Source of the DNA: an uncultured virus (IMG/VR IMGVR_UViG_2597490124_000004)
Lineage: Duplodnaviria > Heunggongvirae > Uroviricota > Caudoviricetes
Reading direction: 5' to 3' (one strand)
Length of the DNA: 20,000 nt
IMG/VR virus record: IMGVR_UViG_2597490124_000004
A program made the position numbers and the translations under genes. A model generated the notes under the pieces. It saw only the letters and a program-made list of their open reading frames with translations. It was not told the DNA's origin and did no database searches. Below are positions 1 to 7,101 of this stretch, one piece after another (positions within the stretch are counted from its first letter, which is position 1; each line of letters begins with the position of its first letter).

Positions 1-27
1 GGCTGGCAACTGCACCGTCAAAATCAC
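1..27 (-). CDS. 5' start of the next phage gene (GTG, MILTVQLPA...), truncated by the window edge
   Basis: GTGA overlap with the stop of 24..446, the coupling pattern used throughout this operon. Only 9 codons are visible. Confidence 0.4.
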
Positions 28-446
28 TGGCAATTTGCATCTCCCATCTTTCGAGCCCGTACCGGCTCCCATTCCTCATATGCCCGATCCCACGTTGCGA
101 CCTTCTCCATGCGTGGCGCCGGGCCAAAGTCGAGCCAGTAATGACAAGGTCCGCATCCGGGCACGGTGTACTCGTGCTTCGCCTTGATCCCGGCGCCCTT
201 TCCATGCTTCGACTGGTTCGAGTGACAATCGACGACCGATTCATGCGACCACCCAATCGAACAGCAGACGCCCGGCACGCGGAGGTAGCATTCCTCGCCG
301 CGGCAAGCCGCCAAATACTTCAAGCCCTCGGCAACCGTCACCCTCTTGATCCGGCTCACGATCGCCTTCTGACGCTTCAGCGTCGCCGTTCGCGTCAGGC
401 TGCTGAACGGCGAATGCGGCTTCCGCTTGAACCCAGTTCGTTTCAT
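24..446 (-). CDS. DUF1364/YbcO-like HNH-type nuclease domain protein
   Basis: CYLRVPGVC...CHSNQSKHGKGAGIKAKH...GCGPCHYWLD Cys/His pattern. The ATG at 446 overlaps the upstream stop (ATGA). Confidence 0.75.
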   Translation of the reverse strand: MKRTGFKRKPHSPFSSLTRTATLKRQKAIVSRIKRVTVAEGLKYLAACRGEECYLRVPGVCCSIGWSHESVVDCHSNQSKHGKGAGIKAKHEYTVPGCGPCHYWLDFGPAPRMEKVATWDRAYEEWEPVRARKMGDANCQ

Positions 447-817
447 TGATGCCGGCTGCTTTGCTCGCGTGACGCGCACGAACGGATCATTCGATCAACG
501 GCGAGTACCGCGTGCGCGATCGCTGCGCTGCGTTCTCGGTGTTGCTCAGCCGCTCGCTTCAAGATGCGCTCCTGCGGCGACTCCGTCGGCGACGGAAGAT
601 CCTTGAGCACGCAGCGGTACGTGACGGGACGCGAGCCTTCGATCCGTTCAACGCACTTCTTGCCGAGGAGGTTTCGTATGCGCCCCTTCACGGTATCGGT
701 CGTCATCGACGCTTCGTATGCGATCTGCTCAATCGTCAGTCCGCGGCGCCCGGCCTTCCGCTTCAAGCAATCGCAGATCAACCAGTTACCCGAACTCAAG
801 CTCACTGCCTTCTTCAC
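443..817 (-). CDS. Winged helix-turn-helix DNA-binding phage protein
   Basis: GLTIEQIAYEASMTTDTVKGRIRNLLGKKCVER is an HTH followed by a wing. Four-base overlaps with both neighbours. Confidence 0.65.
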   Translation of the reverse strand: MKKAVSLSSGNWLICDCLKRKAGRRGLTIEQIAYEASMTTDTVKGRIRNLLGKKCVERIEGSRPVTYRCVLKDLPSPTESPQERILKRAAEQHRERSAAIAHAVLAVDRMIRSCASREQSSRHQ

Positions 818-1365
818 TCGACCTCCTGAATCGTGATGCCGTGCTCTCGGAGCATCAGCTTTCGTTTAATGACGTAGTCCTTGTTCTTCCGCGTGATGAC
901 CGACTTCACATCCTCGACAACAAGCTCGCCCGCGGAATTGCGATAGGTGAAGTCGGCGACGTATTCGACGGCTCGCTCGATCGAGCCGTCCGAGCGCCGC
1001 TGACGCGCGATCAGCTCGAACTCCACCTGAAGACGAAGCTCGCTGATGTGGCCTGCCTCCTGTTGCCGGCTCAATTCGAACCACCGTGAACGCTCGCGCT
1101 TGCTGTCGAACTTGATGCCGTCGTACTCGCACTTCGTGTTGCGGTACTTCGAGCGCTTCGCCGTCATTGCTGGCGGGAAGATCGGCCTATCGAGGTCGCC
1201 TGAAGCGATCTCGTCGAATTCGGAGTTCGGCTGCTTGCCCGTGCGGCGCGCCAGCTCGCGCTCGGCGAAGCTGCGGCCGGTGGTTCGGTCGTCGCGCACG
1301 CGTGCCGTGCCAACCATCGCCGTACCCTCGGGAACGACGAGCGGCCATGAAGTACGCTTCGTCAC
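814..1365 (-). CDS. DUF1064-family PD-(D/E)XK nuclease-like protein
   Basis: SKYRNTKCEYDGIKFDSKRE...YVADFTY...VVEDVKS...YVIKRKLM signature. GTGA/ATGA coupling. Confidence 0.8.
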   Translation of the reverse strand: MTKRTSWPLVVPEGTAMVGTARVRDDRTTGRSFAERELARRTGKQPNSEFDEIASGDLDRPIFPPAMTAKRSKYRNTKCEYDGIKFDSKRERSRWFELSRQQEAGHISELRLQVEFELIARQRRSDGSIERAVEYVADFTYRNSAGELVVEDVKSVITRKNKDYVIKRKLMLREHGITIQEVE

Positions 1366-2354
1366 GTCGCCTCCTGATCGCGCGGAATGTCGTTGAAGTA
1401 CCGGTAGAGCTGCTCGTAGGTCGCGTTCCCGAAGCGGGCAGCCTCGCGGAGCATTTCCTCCATCGCCTCGCCGGGCCCGTCCGCCTTGACGACGCGCGCC
1501 TTGAAACGCATGAACACTTCGCCGTCGCGCTGCTCGATGCCCAGTTGCTTGCCGCGGTCAGTGACGCCCTGCGCGCTCTTGTGCCAGTCGCTGGGAACGT
1601 CCTGCCCGCTCGTCGCCGTGCCGTCCGGTTTCACCGGGAACAGCCCCGTCCAGCCGCGCAACACCGCTTCGTCGATGCAGTCCGCCGGGGCATGCCCAAG
1701 CTCTCGAAGCTTCTCAAGGCGGCGCAGCGAAACCTTCGCCGCAGGGCGCGTCCACGGCGCCGACTTCTCCGACGCTTTCGCCTCGCGGTGCTCGCACCAG
1801 TCGAGCCATGCGTCGAGGGGCAGCCAGTCGGGCAGTTCGATTGATCGCAGTTCGCCATGCAACGCAACTCGCGGCGCACGCCGCGCGGGTTGATGGTTCT
1901 CTGATGGTTCTATGACGGTTCCTGATGATTCGGGTGCAAAAGCTTTGCACCCTTTAGTGCTGTGATTTGCACCCTTTATGTCGCCAGTTGCACCCTTTAC
2001 GTCGTCGTTTGCACCCTTTCCATTGGGTGCATTTTTTGCACCCTTTGAACCCGACGAAATGGGCGCAAGTTCTGCACCGTTTATCCAGTCCGGATTGATT
2101 CGGTATTCGCGCGTGTTCCCACGCCCGCCCTTCGATTCGCTCACGAGAATCAGCCAGCCGGACTGCTGCATCCGGCGAAGCTGGTACTGCACCGCACGCG
2201 GCGATTGGCGCGTCTTCGCAGCCAGCTTGTCGACGCTCGGATAGATGTGTGTGCCGTCGTCGTGCGAATGGTCCGCGAGTGCCAGCGCAAGAATCATCTC
2301 GCCGCCGCCCTCGGGATAGCGCTCGAACACCGCGTTCATAACCTTGACGCTCAT
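1362..2354 (-). CDS. Phage replication initiator (N-terminal HTH_36-type domain, iteron-containing linker)
   Basis: MSVKVMNAVF...ILALALAD...IYPSVDKLAAKTRQSPRAVQYQLRRMQQSGWL. KGA-repeat linker. GAGGAG RBS upstream of the ATG at 2354. Confidence 0.8.
   Translation of the reverse strand: MSVKVMNAVFERYPEGGGEMILALALADHSHDDGTHIYPSVDKLAAKTRQSPRAVQYQLRRMQQSGWLILVSESKGGRGNTREYRINPDWINGAELAPISSGSKGAKNAPNGKGANDDVKGATGDIKGANHSTKGCKAFAPESSGTVIEPSENHQPARRAPRVALHGELRSIELPDWLPLDAWLDWCEHREAKASEKSAPWTRPAAKVSLRRLEKLRELGHAPADCIDEAVLRGWTGLFPVKPDGTATSGQDVPSDWHKSAQGVTDRGKQLGIEQRDGEVFMRFKARVVKADGPGEAMEEMLREAARFGNATYEQLYRYFNDIPRDQEAT
1932..2082. repeat. Iteron array, probable phage replication origin
   Basis: TTGCACCCTTT at 1945, 1967, 1988, 2009 and 2036, a variant CTGCACCGTTT at 2072, and inverted GGG(T/C)GCA at 1932, 2025 and 2061, all inside the initiator gene. 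Confidence 0.8.
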
Positions 2355-2361
2355 AGGCTCC

Positions 2362-2511
2362 TCAGTGCCCGCACGGCAGCTCGCCGCGAGCGTCAGTCTT
2401 TGCGCCACACGACAAACACATGCGCTCGGTAGCCACGCGAGCCGTTACTGCGTCGGGCGTCATTTCGCCGGCGTGCGCCGGGCCTGCTTCTTGGACGTCG
2501 GTCGGATTCAA
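2362..2511 (-). CDS. Small Cys/His protein (49 aa; ...CLSCGAKTDARGELPCGH)
   Basis: TTG start overlapping the upstream TGA, with GGAGG at 2517-2521. Fills the gap between operon genes. CxxC...CGH possible zinc-binding motif. Confidence 0.6.
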   Translation of the reverse strand: MNPTDVQEAGPAHAGEMTPDAVTARVATERMCLSCGAKTDARGELPCGH

Positions 2512-2768
2512 GACGTCCTCCCAAGAGTCAAGCGATAGGCGCTCGGCTGGCCGGGCCGGCGCGTAACGCGCAGCACGCCGGCTTCCTCCAATGCGCGGAG
2601 GGCGGACGACACCGTGACGCGCGTAACGCTCGCGAACTCGGCAATGTCGTCGATTGACGGATCGCAATTCCCCTTCTCATCGGCCAACCTCGCCAGAAAG
2701 ATCAGGATCACCTTGGCCGTCGGCGGGAGCTGCTCACGCATAGCGCGGTTGAGGTACTCAAAACTCAT
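2508..2768 (-). CDS. Stand-alone HTH_36-type winged-helix protein
   Basis: TAKVILIFLARLADEKGNCDPSIDDIAEFASVTRVTVSSALRALEEAGVL. ATGA coupling to the ParB gene. Confidence 0.75.
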   Translation of the reverse strand: MSFEYLNRAMREQLPPTAKVILIFLARLADEKGNCDPSIDDIAEFASVTRVTVSSALRALEEAGVLRVTRRPGQPSAYRLTLGRTS

Positions 2769-3586
2769 TCGGCAGCCTCCTGTGCGCTTTCCGCGTCATC
2801 GATGCCGAGCACCCACCGCAGCGCCGCCAAGCGCTCGCCCGTCGCCTCCGTGAGCGCCGCCTCGATCTGCTTACGCGAGCGCACGCGTGCCGCCGTACCG
2901 CCGAGCACGGCCTTCTGCGCGCGCGAACGCGCGTGCCCTTCCTTGCCTTCCGCCGCGTCGATCAGCGCCTGAACCTTCGCGCGTTGCTCGTCCGGAGGCA
3001 GCTTCGCGAGCTTCAGCGCGTGCGACACCGTGATCTGTTCCGCTTCGACGGCGTCGCGCACCGCCATGCAGCAGTCGAGCAACTTCAACGCGGCACGCAC
3101 AGTCGGCACCTCGACGCCGAACGCGACAGCGATTGCGTCCTCGGTATGGCCGACGTCGAGCATGCGGGCCATCTTCTCGGCCCGGTTGATCGGCGAGTCC
3201 TCTTCGCGGATCTCGTTCGTGCTGACCATCATTCCGACGAACGACTTGCCGCTGTCGCGCATGACGCGTTTCGGGATCGCCGGGATCGTGATCGGCTCTT
3301 CGCCTGCCTCGATCAGCAGGCGATTCAGCTCGCGCGCGTTGATCACGCGGCGGCGGCCGTCGATCACGAGGTTCTCGCCCGTCTCCGGGTCTTTGTAGAA
3401 GAGCACCGGCTCGAGCACGCCCTGCGCGCGATAGTTCCGCACCGTTTTCGGGTTCGGCGCCTGATGTACACGCCGGTCGTACAGCGGGTGCTTCGGGTCC
3501 GTGACGAGCGTCAGCTTGTCCGGGTCCATCGAAAGGACGTTGCCCTTGCCTGATGCCCCGTAGACGTCGATCGAGTTCTTCGCCAT
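2765..3586 (-). CDS. ParB/RepB/Spo0J-family protein
   Basis: QGVLEPV...VIDGRRRV (ParB/Srx box), NEIREEDSPINRA, then an HTH (EDAIAVAFGVEVPTVRAALKLL). Confidence 0.85.
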   Translation of the reverse strand: MAKNSIDVYGASGKGNVLSMDPDKLTLVTDPKHPLYDRRVHQAPNPKTVRNYRAQGVLEPVLFYKDPETGENLVIDGRRRVINARELNRLLIEAGEEPITIPAIPKRVMRDSGKSFVGMMVSTNEIREEDSPINRAEKMARMLDVGHTEDAIAVAFGVEVPTVRAALKLLDCCMAVRDAVEAEQITVSHALKLAKLPPDEQRAKVQALIDAAEGKEGHARSRAQKAVLGGTAARVRSRKQIEAALTEATGERLAALRWVLGIDDAESAQEAAE

Positions 3587-3592
3587 GTTGTT

Positions 3593-4990
3593 TTACCTAT
3601 TCGAAAAGCCCGGCTCGCCGAGCAAGAGTGACAATTGCGACCGCAGCTTGGAGCGGTACGACACCATTTCCGACCTGACGGAGTTGGTGATTCCGGGATT
3701 CGTCCACCATGTAGGCCAACCCATCAGCCAGCATGCGAACGCCGGGTTCAATCGCCGGCGCAAGGTCCGGTCGGTTGGCGATAATTCGCGGCCATCGATC
3801 ATCGATTGGACCGGGCGCAAAGAGGTCGAGAAATCCGCCGCCTGCCCGGCAAGCACCATCCCGTGACCGTTCCCGTGACTCGGCGCCGACTTCGTAGTCC
3901 GGTTGCTGTTTTCGCTGCTCGTTGGCGTCGCCCATTGCGACACCTGATCTTTCAGGCCGGGATTTGCGCCTTGCACCTGCCGACTTGCGCTGCCCGAGTC
4001 GCTGCCGTTCGTCGCCATCGATGCACGAGGCGTTGCCCAATGGCGCGTTTCCGACTCGAGCCCGACCTGTCGCTTGCCGTTCGCCGTCTTGCCACGTGTC
4101 GCCACCACTTCCGCAGACACAGAGCGCCCGCCGCTCGGAACATTTGGTGTTGACCACTGCGCCGCCATGCTCGGCAACATCGGATCGCCCGAACTGTCGC
4201 GCTGATTCGGACCACCCTTCGTGCCATCCGTCCCGCGCGACGTCGGCCATGCGCGGGCCGCTAACGCCAACGTCGGGCGCTCGGCCGCATTCGGCGATGA
4301 CGATCGATTCGTTCGCTCCATCGCATTCGCGTCCGGCGTCGCCCATGTCATCGCCTGCTGACGGATGTTTTGCCCAAACTCGCCGTTGCTGTAGCTGGAC
4401 GTATTGCAGTCGGGCGTCGCCCATCCGCCATGCGAGGCAGAACCAGCGCTCACGCTGATGGCTCCCGCCAACATCGGACGCACGTAGATGCACCCACTCC
4501 GCATCCCAGCCGCGGTCGGCCAGTTCTCCCACGACGCGGGAGGCCGCGCGCTCAACGAGCTCGCCTTCCGTTTCGTCCACAACGGAGGCGGTGGCAGAAG
4601 TGATTCCTGAGACGTTCTCCAAAACGAGGAGCCACGCACCGCAAGCGTCGGCGATATCGACGACGCTGAAAAAGAGACCTGAGCGCCTTCCGTCGAGACC
4701 GGCACGACGTCCGGCAACGGATAAGTCTTGGCACGGGAATCCGGCAACGACGCAATCCACTCGTCCGCGCCACGCTGCGCCATCGAAAGTGAGTAGGTCA
4801 GACCAGACAGGCGCCGGATCAATGGCTCCCGCTTCCATAAGCGCGACAAGTTGCGCGGCAGCAGTGGCTTCGCGCTCCACGTAGCAAACGGTTCGATGTC
4901 CGATTCCAAAATGCTCGAGTGCGGTCCGGACGCCTTCCCCGAGCATGCCGACGCCAGCACAAAGCTCGATGGAATGAAAAGCCACACCAT
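3593..4990 (-). CDS. Overprinted +1-frame ('beta') polypeptide of the C5-MTase: WxTP repeats plus a motif IX-like segment, 465 aa
   Basis: Stop-free for 465 codons. ATG lies 8 nt after GGAGG. Contains RRRLNPAFACWLMGWP (motif IX-like) and repeated W[APS]T[PS]. The true start could be internal. Confidence 0.65.
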   Translation of the reverse strand: MVWLFIPSSFVLASACSGKASGPHSSILESDIEPFATWSAKPLLPRNLSRLWKREPLIRRLSGLTYSLSMAQRGADEWIASLPDSRAKTYPLPDVVPVSTEGAQVSFSASSISPTLAVRGSSFWRTSQESLLPPPPLWTKRKASSLSARPPASWENWPTAAGMRSGCIYVRPMLAGAISVSAGSASHGGWATPDCNTSSYSNGEFGQNIRQQAMTWATPDANAMERTNRSSSPNAAERPTLALAARAWPTSRGTDGTKGGPNQRDSSGDPMLPSMAAQWSTPNVPSGGRSVSAEVVATRGKTANGKRQVGLESETRHWATPRASMATNGSDSGSASRQVQGANPGLKDQVSQWATPTSSENSNRTTKSAPSHGNGHGMVLAGQAADFSTSLRPVQSMIDGRELSPTDRTLRRRLNPAFACWLMGWPTWWTNPGITNSVRSEMVSYRSKLRSQLSLLLGEPGFSNR

Positions 4991-4994
4991 TCAC
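3597..4994 (-). CDS. C5-cytosine DNA methyltransferase, catalytic ('alpha') frame, 465 aa
   Basis: Motif I ELCAGVG, IV GFPCQ, VI ENV, VIII QRERWF and X GNGVVP. No motif IX in this frame. GTG start at 4994 overlaps the upstream TGA (GTG at 4985 is an alternative). Confidence 0.88.
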   Translation of the reverse strand: MNGVAFHSIELCAGVGMLGEGVRTALEHFGIGHRTVCYVEREATAAAQLVALMEAGAIDPAPVWSDLLTFDGAAWRGRVDCVVAGFPCQDLSVAGRRAGLDGRRSGLFFSVVDIADACGAWLLVLENVSGITSATASVVDETEGELVERAASRVVGELADRGWDAEWVHLRASDVGGSHQRERWFCLAWRMGDARLQYVQLQQRRVWAKHPSAGDDMGDAGRECDGANESIVIAECGRAPDVGVSGPRMADVARDGWHEGWSESARQFGRSDVAEHGGAVVNTKCSERRALCVCGSGGDTWQDGERQATGRARVGNAPLGNASCIDGDERQRLGQRKSAGARRKSRPERSGVAMGDANEQRKQQPDYEVGAESRERSRDGACRAGGGFLDLFAPGPIDDRWPRIIANRPDLAPAIEPGVRMLADGLAYMVDESRNHQLRQVGNGVVPLQAAVAIVTLARRAGLFE

Positions 4995-5437
4995 ACCGCC
5001 TCCCAAAGGAGCTTTTGGCCGCGTAGATGTGCAGCCGTGTCGACTCGCGGTCGTGATGGCGTGTTCCAGTTGCCACCACCGCGCGCACCCACGAGCCGCC
5101 ACCCGGCTCCGCGAAGACTCGGCCCGCCCTCGTCGGGCAGCGTGTATGTGATCAGGCGTCGATAGCCGAGTGCGCGAGCGGCACGCCACGCGGCGGCATA
5201 GAGTGCGGAGCACGCGTTACGTGTTCCGTCGGTGCAGCAACGCGTGACCTCCAACGTGAGGCCGTTGTCATTGCCGCGAGCAACCGGTCGCCCGACAATC
5301 GCAACACCTCGAATGGCCTCGTTGACTGCGACTGCGACACTGAACTTGTGGCCGATCACGGGCCGATGATGGCGGTGGTGAATCGAAACGAACGCGTTCG
5401 CCTCTTCAAGCGTGATCGGCGTGACGATAAGGCTCAT
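4991..5437 (-). CDS. XF1762-family protein, Mom-like GNAT fold (putative DNA-modifying acyltransferase)
   Basis: PITLEEANAFVSIHHRHHRP...GVAIVGRPVAR...LEVTRCCTDGTRNACSALY...LITYT...SLRGAGW. The family was recognised by eye and the function is inferred. Confidence 0.7.
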   Translation of the reverse strand: MSLIVTPITLEEANAFVSIHHRHHRPVIGHKFSVAVAVNEAIRGVAIVGRPVARGNDNGLTLEVTRCCTDGTRNACSALYAAAWRAARALGYRRLITYTLPDEGGPSLRGAGWRLVGARGGGNWNTPSRPRVDTAAHLRGQKLLWEAV

Positions 5438-5441
5438 TCGG

Positions 5442-5882
5442 TTACTCGGCCATACCGCGCAGCCGCGCGGAAATATCGAGAAGCACCTGCGCATGCTTGA
5501 AAATTCGGTGATCCACGCGCTCAATCTCGTGCCGCTCGACGCGCCCGTCTTCAAGCGTCTTAACGATCTCCTGCCCGACGTCGCCATGCGTCGACCACGC
5601 CTTGCCCATCAGTTCGACGATCGCGGCGTCGCAGCAGTCCACAGCGCTCGGCAACTTCACGAGCGCATAACCCCGCGCCGTAGCCCACGCTTCGAGCATC
5701 CGATCGTCGTCGGTCACGTCCGTCGCGCGAACCGCGTCAGCGAGCCCGAGGTGATGCGTAGCGTTGTTTGGGTTCACCTTGTTCCGCAGCACCGCCGCCG
5801 ACATACCGAGACGCGGCGCGAGCGACTCACTGCCGCCCGGGTAATCGTGAACAACCGCGTATGCGGCGTCGATGATGTTCAT
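5442..5882 (-). CDS. cII: Phage regulatory protein CII (CP76-like)
   Basis: DYPGGSESLAPRLGMSAAVLRNKVNPN...LEDGRVERHE. GAGGA RBS. Position downstream of cro. Confidence 0.85.
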   Translation of the reverse strand: MNIIDAAYAVVHDYPGGSESLAPRLGMSAAVLRNKVNPNNATHHLGLADAVRATDVTDDDRMLEAWATARGYALVKLPSAVDCCDAAIVELMGKAWSTHGDVGQEIVKTLEDGRVERHEIERVDHRIFKHAQVLLDISARLRGMAE

Positions 5883-6065
5883 TCAATCCTCATCTGAACG
5901 TTGTTCGTCACGGTAAGGACTACTAAAGTGTGTCCCTATGACATGAACGAAATTTCAACTTCCTCGACCACGCCATGCAGGCGCGATCTACTGCATTGGG
6001 CGAGGGTCCCGGACTTTCGTCTTAGAATTGGCAGCTCTCAAACAACCACTTCTCTACGGGCCCTC

Positions 6066-6302
6066 ATGGAAGTTCCAAACCACGAACTCGAAATTCTTGC
6101 TAACCGCGTCCTCATTCAAACGATCATTGCGGCACTCGAAGTGGCGCATCCCGGCTCCGAGGCAACGATCAAACGGCTAATTGAGAAATTCACTCAGGTC
6201 GACGGCCTAGACCCATTGAGCGAAAAGATTGCCGAGATTGCTTTGCGGGTCGTCTCTAACGAGCCCGAGAAACCAGCTCTGACGCTCGTAAAGTCCGACT
6301 AA
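6066..6302 (+). CDS. Hypothetical moron protein (78 aa), antisense to the PR operon
   Basis: MEVPNHELEILANRVLIQTIIAALEVAHPG..., natural amphipathic composition, lower GC. TAGAAT -10-like element at 6023-6028. Confidence 0.6.
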   Translation: MEVPNHELEILANRVLIQTIIAALEVAHPGSEATIKRLIEKFTQVDGLDPLSEKIAEIALRVVSNEPEKPALTLVKSD

Positions 6303-6311
6303 GCTTTTTGG

Positions 6312-6404
6312 TCAATGCGGCGATGTCCAGCTCGCGTTCCGCACGATGTGCTTCGATCGCGGCCGGATCAGCCACAGGACGAAACGCGCGTACATGCGCT
6401 TCAT
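6312..6404 (-). CDS. Small phage protein MKRMYARFVLWLIRP..., possibly frameshifted near 6360
   Basis: Strong AAGGAG RBS before the ATG at 6404. 30 codons as read. A neighbouring frame continues IEAHRAERELDIAALTKKL to 6256. Confidence 0.5.
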   Translation of the reverse strand: MKRMYARFVLWLIRPRSKHIVRNASWTSPH

Positions 6405-6462
6405 GAAATCTCCTTTTGTTGAGCACTCGCCATCTGATTGCCATCCATAGGATATCGTTAAC

Positions 6463-6792
6463 TTGAATAAGATAAAACCGGCACCGCTCACGCAGCACGA
6501 CCTCGATCACCACCGCCTCAGAATCCAGGTCCTCGCCCTACAGCAAATCGTCTTGCGATTACTCGTCCAACGATCGTTCGAGGAAGTCGACGGCGATCCG
6601 AAGGAAACGCGCGAGCTCGCGCCCTTGCGCCTGCGTGAAGCGCTTCAAGGGCTAGAGCCGGAACCCGGTACTTCGGAATGGCATCCAGCCGAAGCGGCCG
6701 CGTTCGACGACGAACACCGCGAAGTGCTTGCCGACCTGCACAAGCACCTTGAGGTCGTGCTCGCCGACCTGCTTCCGACAGAAGAAGGCTGA
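6463..6792 (+). CDS. Hypothetical moron protein (109 aa), antisense to the PR operon
   Basis: Protein-like helical, acidic composition. Exactly fills the gap after cro and ends 6 nt from the cro stop. Confidence 0.65.
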   Translation: MNKIKPAPLTQHDLDHHRLRIQVLALQQIVLRLLVQRSFEEVDGDPKETRELAPLRLREALQGLEPEPGTSEWHPAEAAAFDDEHREVLADLHKHLEVVLADLLPTEEG

Positions 6793-6798
6793 CCGGCA

Positions 6799-7095
6799 TC
6801 ACGCCGTTGCCTCCTTCTGTAGAGATAGGTTCGCGTCACCACGCAATAACCGTTGGCGCAGAACTGCCCATCCTTGATAGTCCGGCCGAAGCGTTTCGCA
6901 GATGACGCGCGAATCGCCAACGGCGCGCTCGATAAATGGGCAAGCTTCGATCGACGCACGACGATCCCGCTTGATCCAATTGCGGACTGCTTGCGGCGAT
7001 ACGCCGACCCTCCTCGCGAAGTCGGCTTGCGAGCCACAGAGGTCGACTGCGAGGGACAACGTTTCGAATGGTGAGAGTTGCGACGAAGTGTTCAT
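6799..7095 (-). CDS. cro: Cro-like regulator (YdaS family)
   Basis: AVDLCGSQADFARRVGVSPQAVRNW...CPFIERA...VICETLRPD. Divergent from the repressor. Confidence 0.85.
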   Translation of the reverse strand: MNTSSQLSPFETLSLAVDLCGSQADFARRVGVSPQAVRNWIKRDRRASIEACPFIERAVGDSRVICETLRPDYQGWAVLRQRLLRGDANLSLQKEATA

Positions 7096-7101
7096 GCGCG
7101 A

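Noticed and set aside
1945..4424. Iteron and WxTP repeat arrays as possible CRISPR arrays or DGR repeats
   Set aside because: Repeats are 11-12 bp, lie in coding frames, and have no cas or reverse transcriptase gene in the window.
4995..5213. N-terminal extension of the 538-aa MTase ORF
   Set aside because: It overlaps the XF1762-like gene. The SD and GTGA coupling place the start at 4994.
6518..6802. 94-aa - strand ORF coupled to the cro stop
   Set aside because: Arg/Ala/Pro-rich shadow of the + strand gene 6463..6792. Only the start signal looks real.
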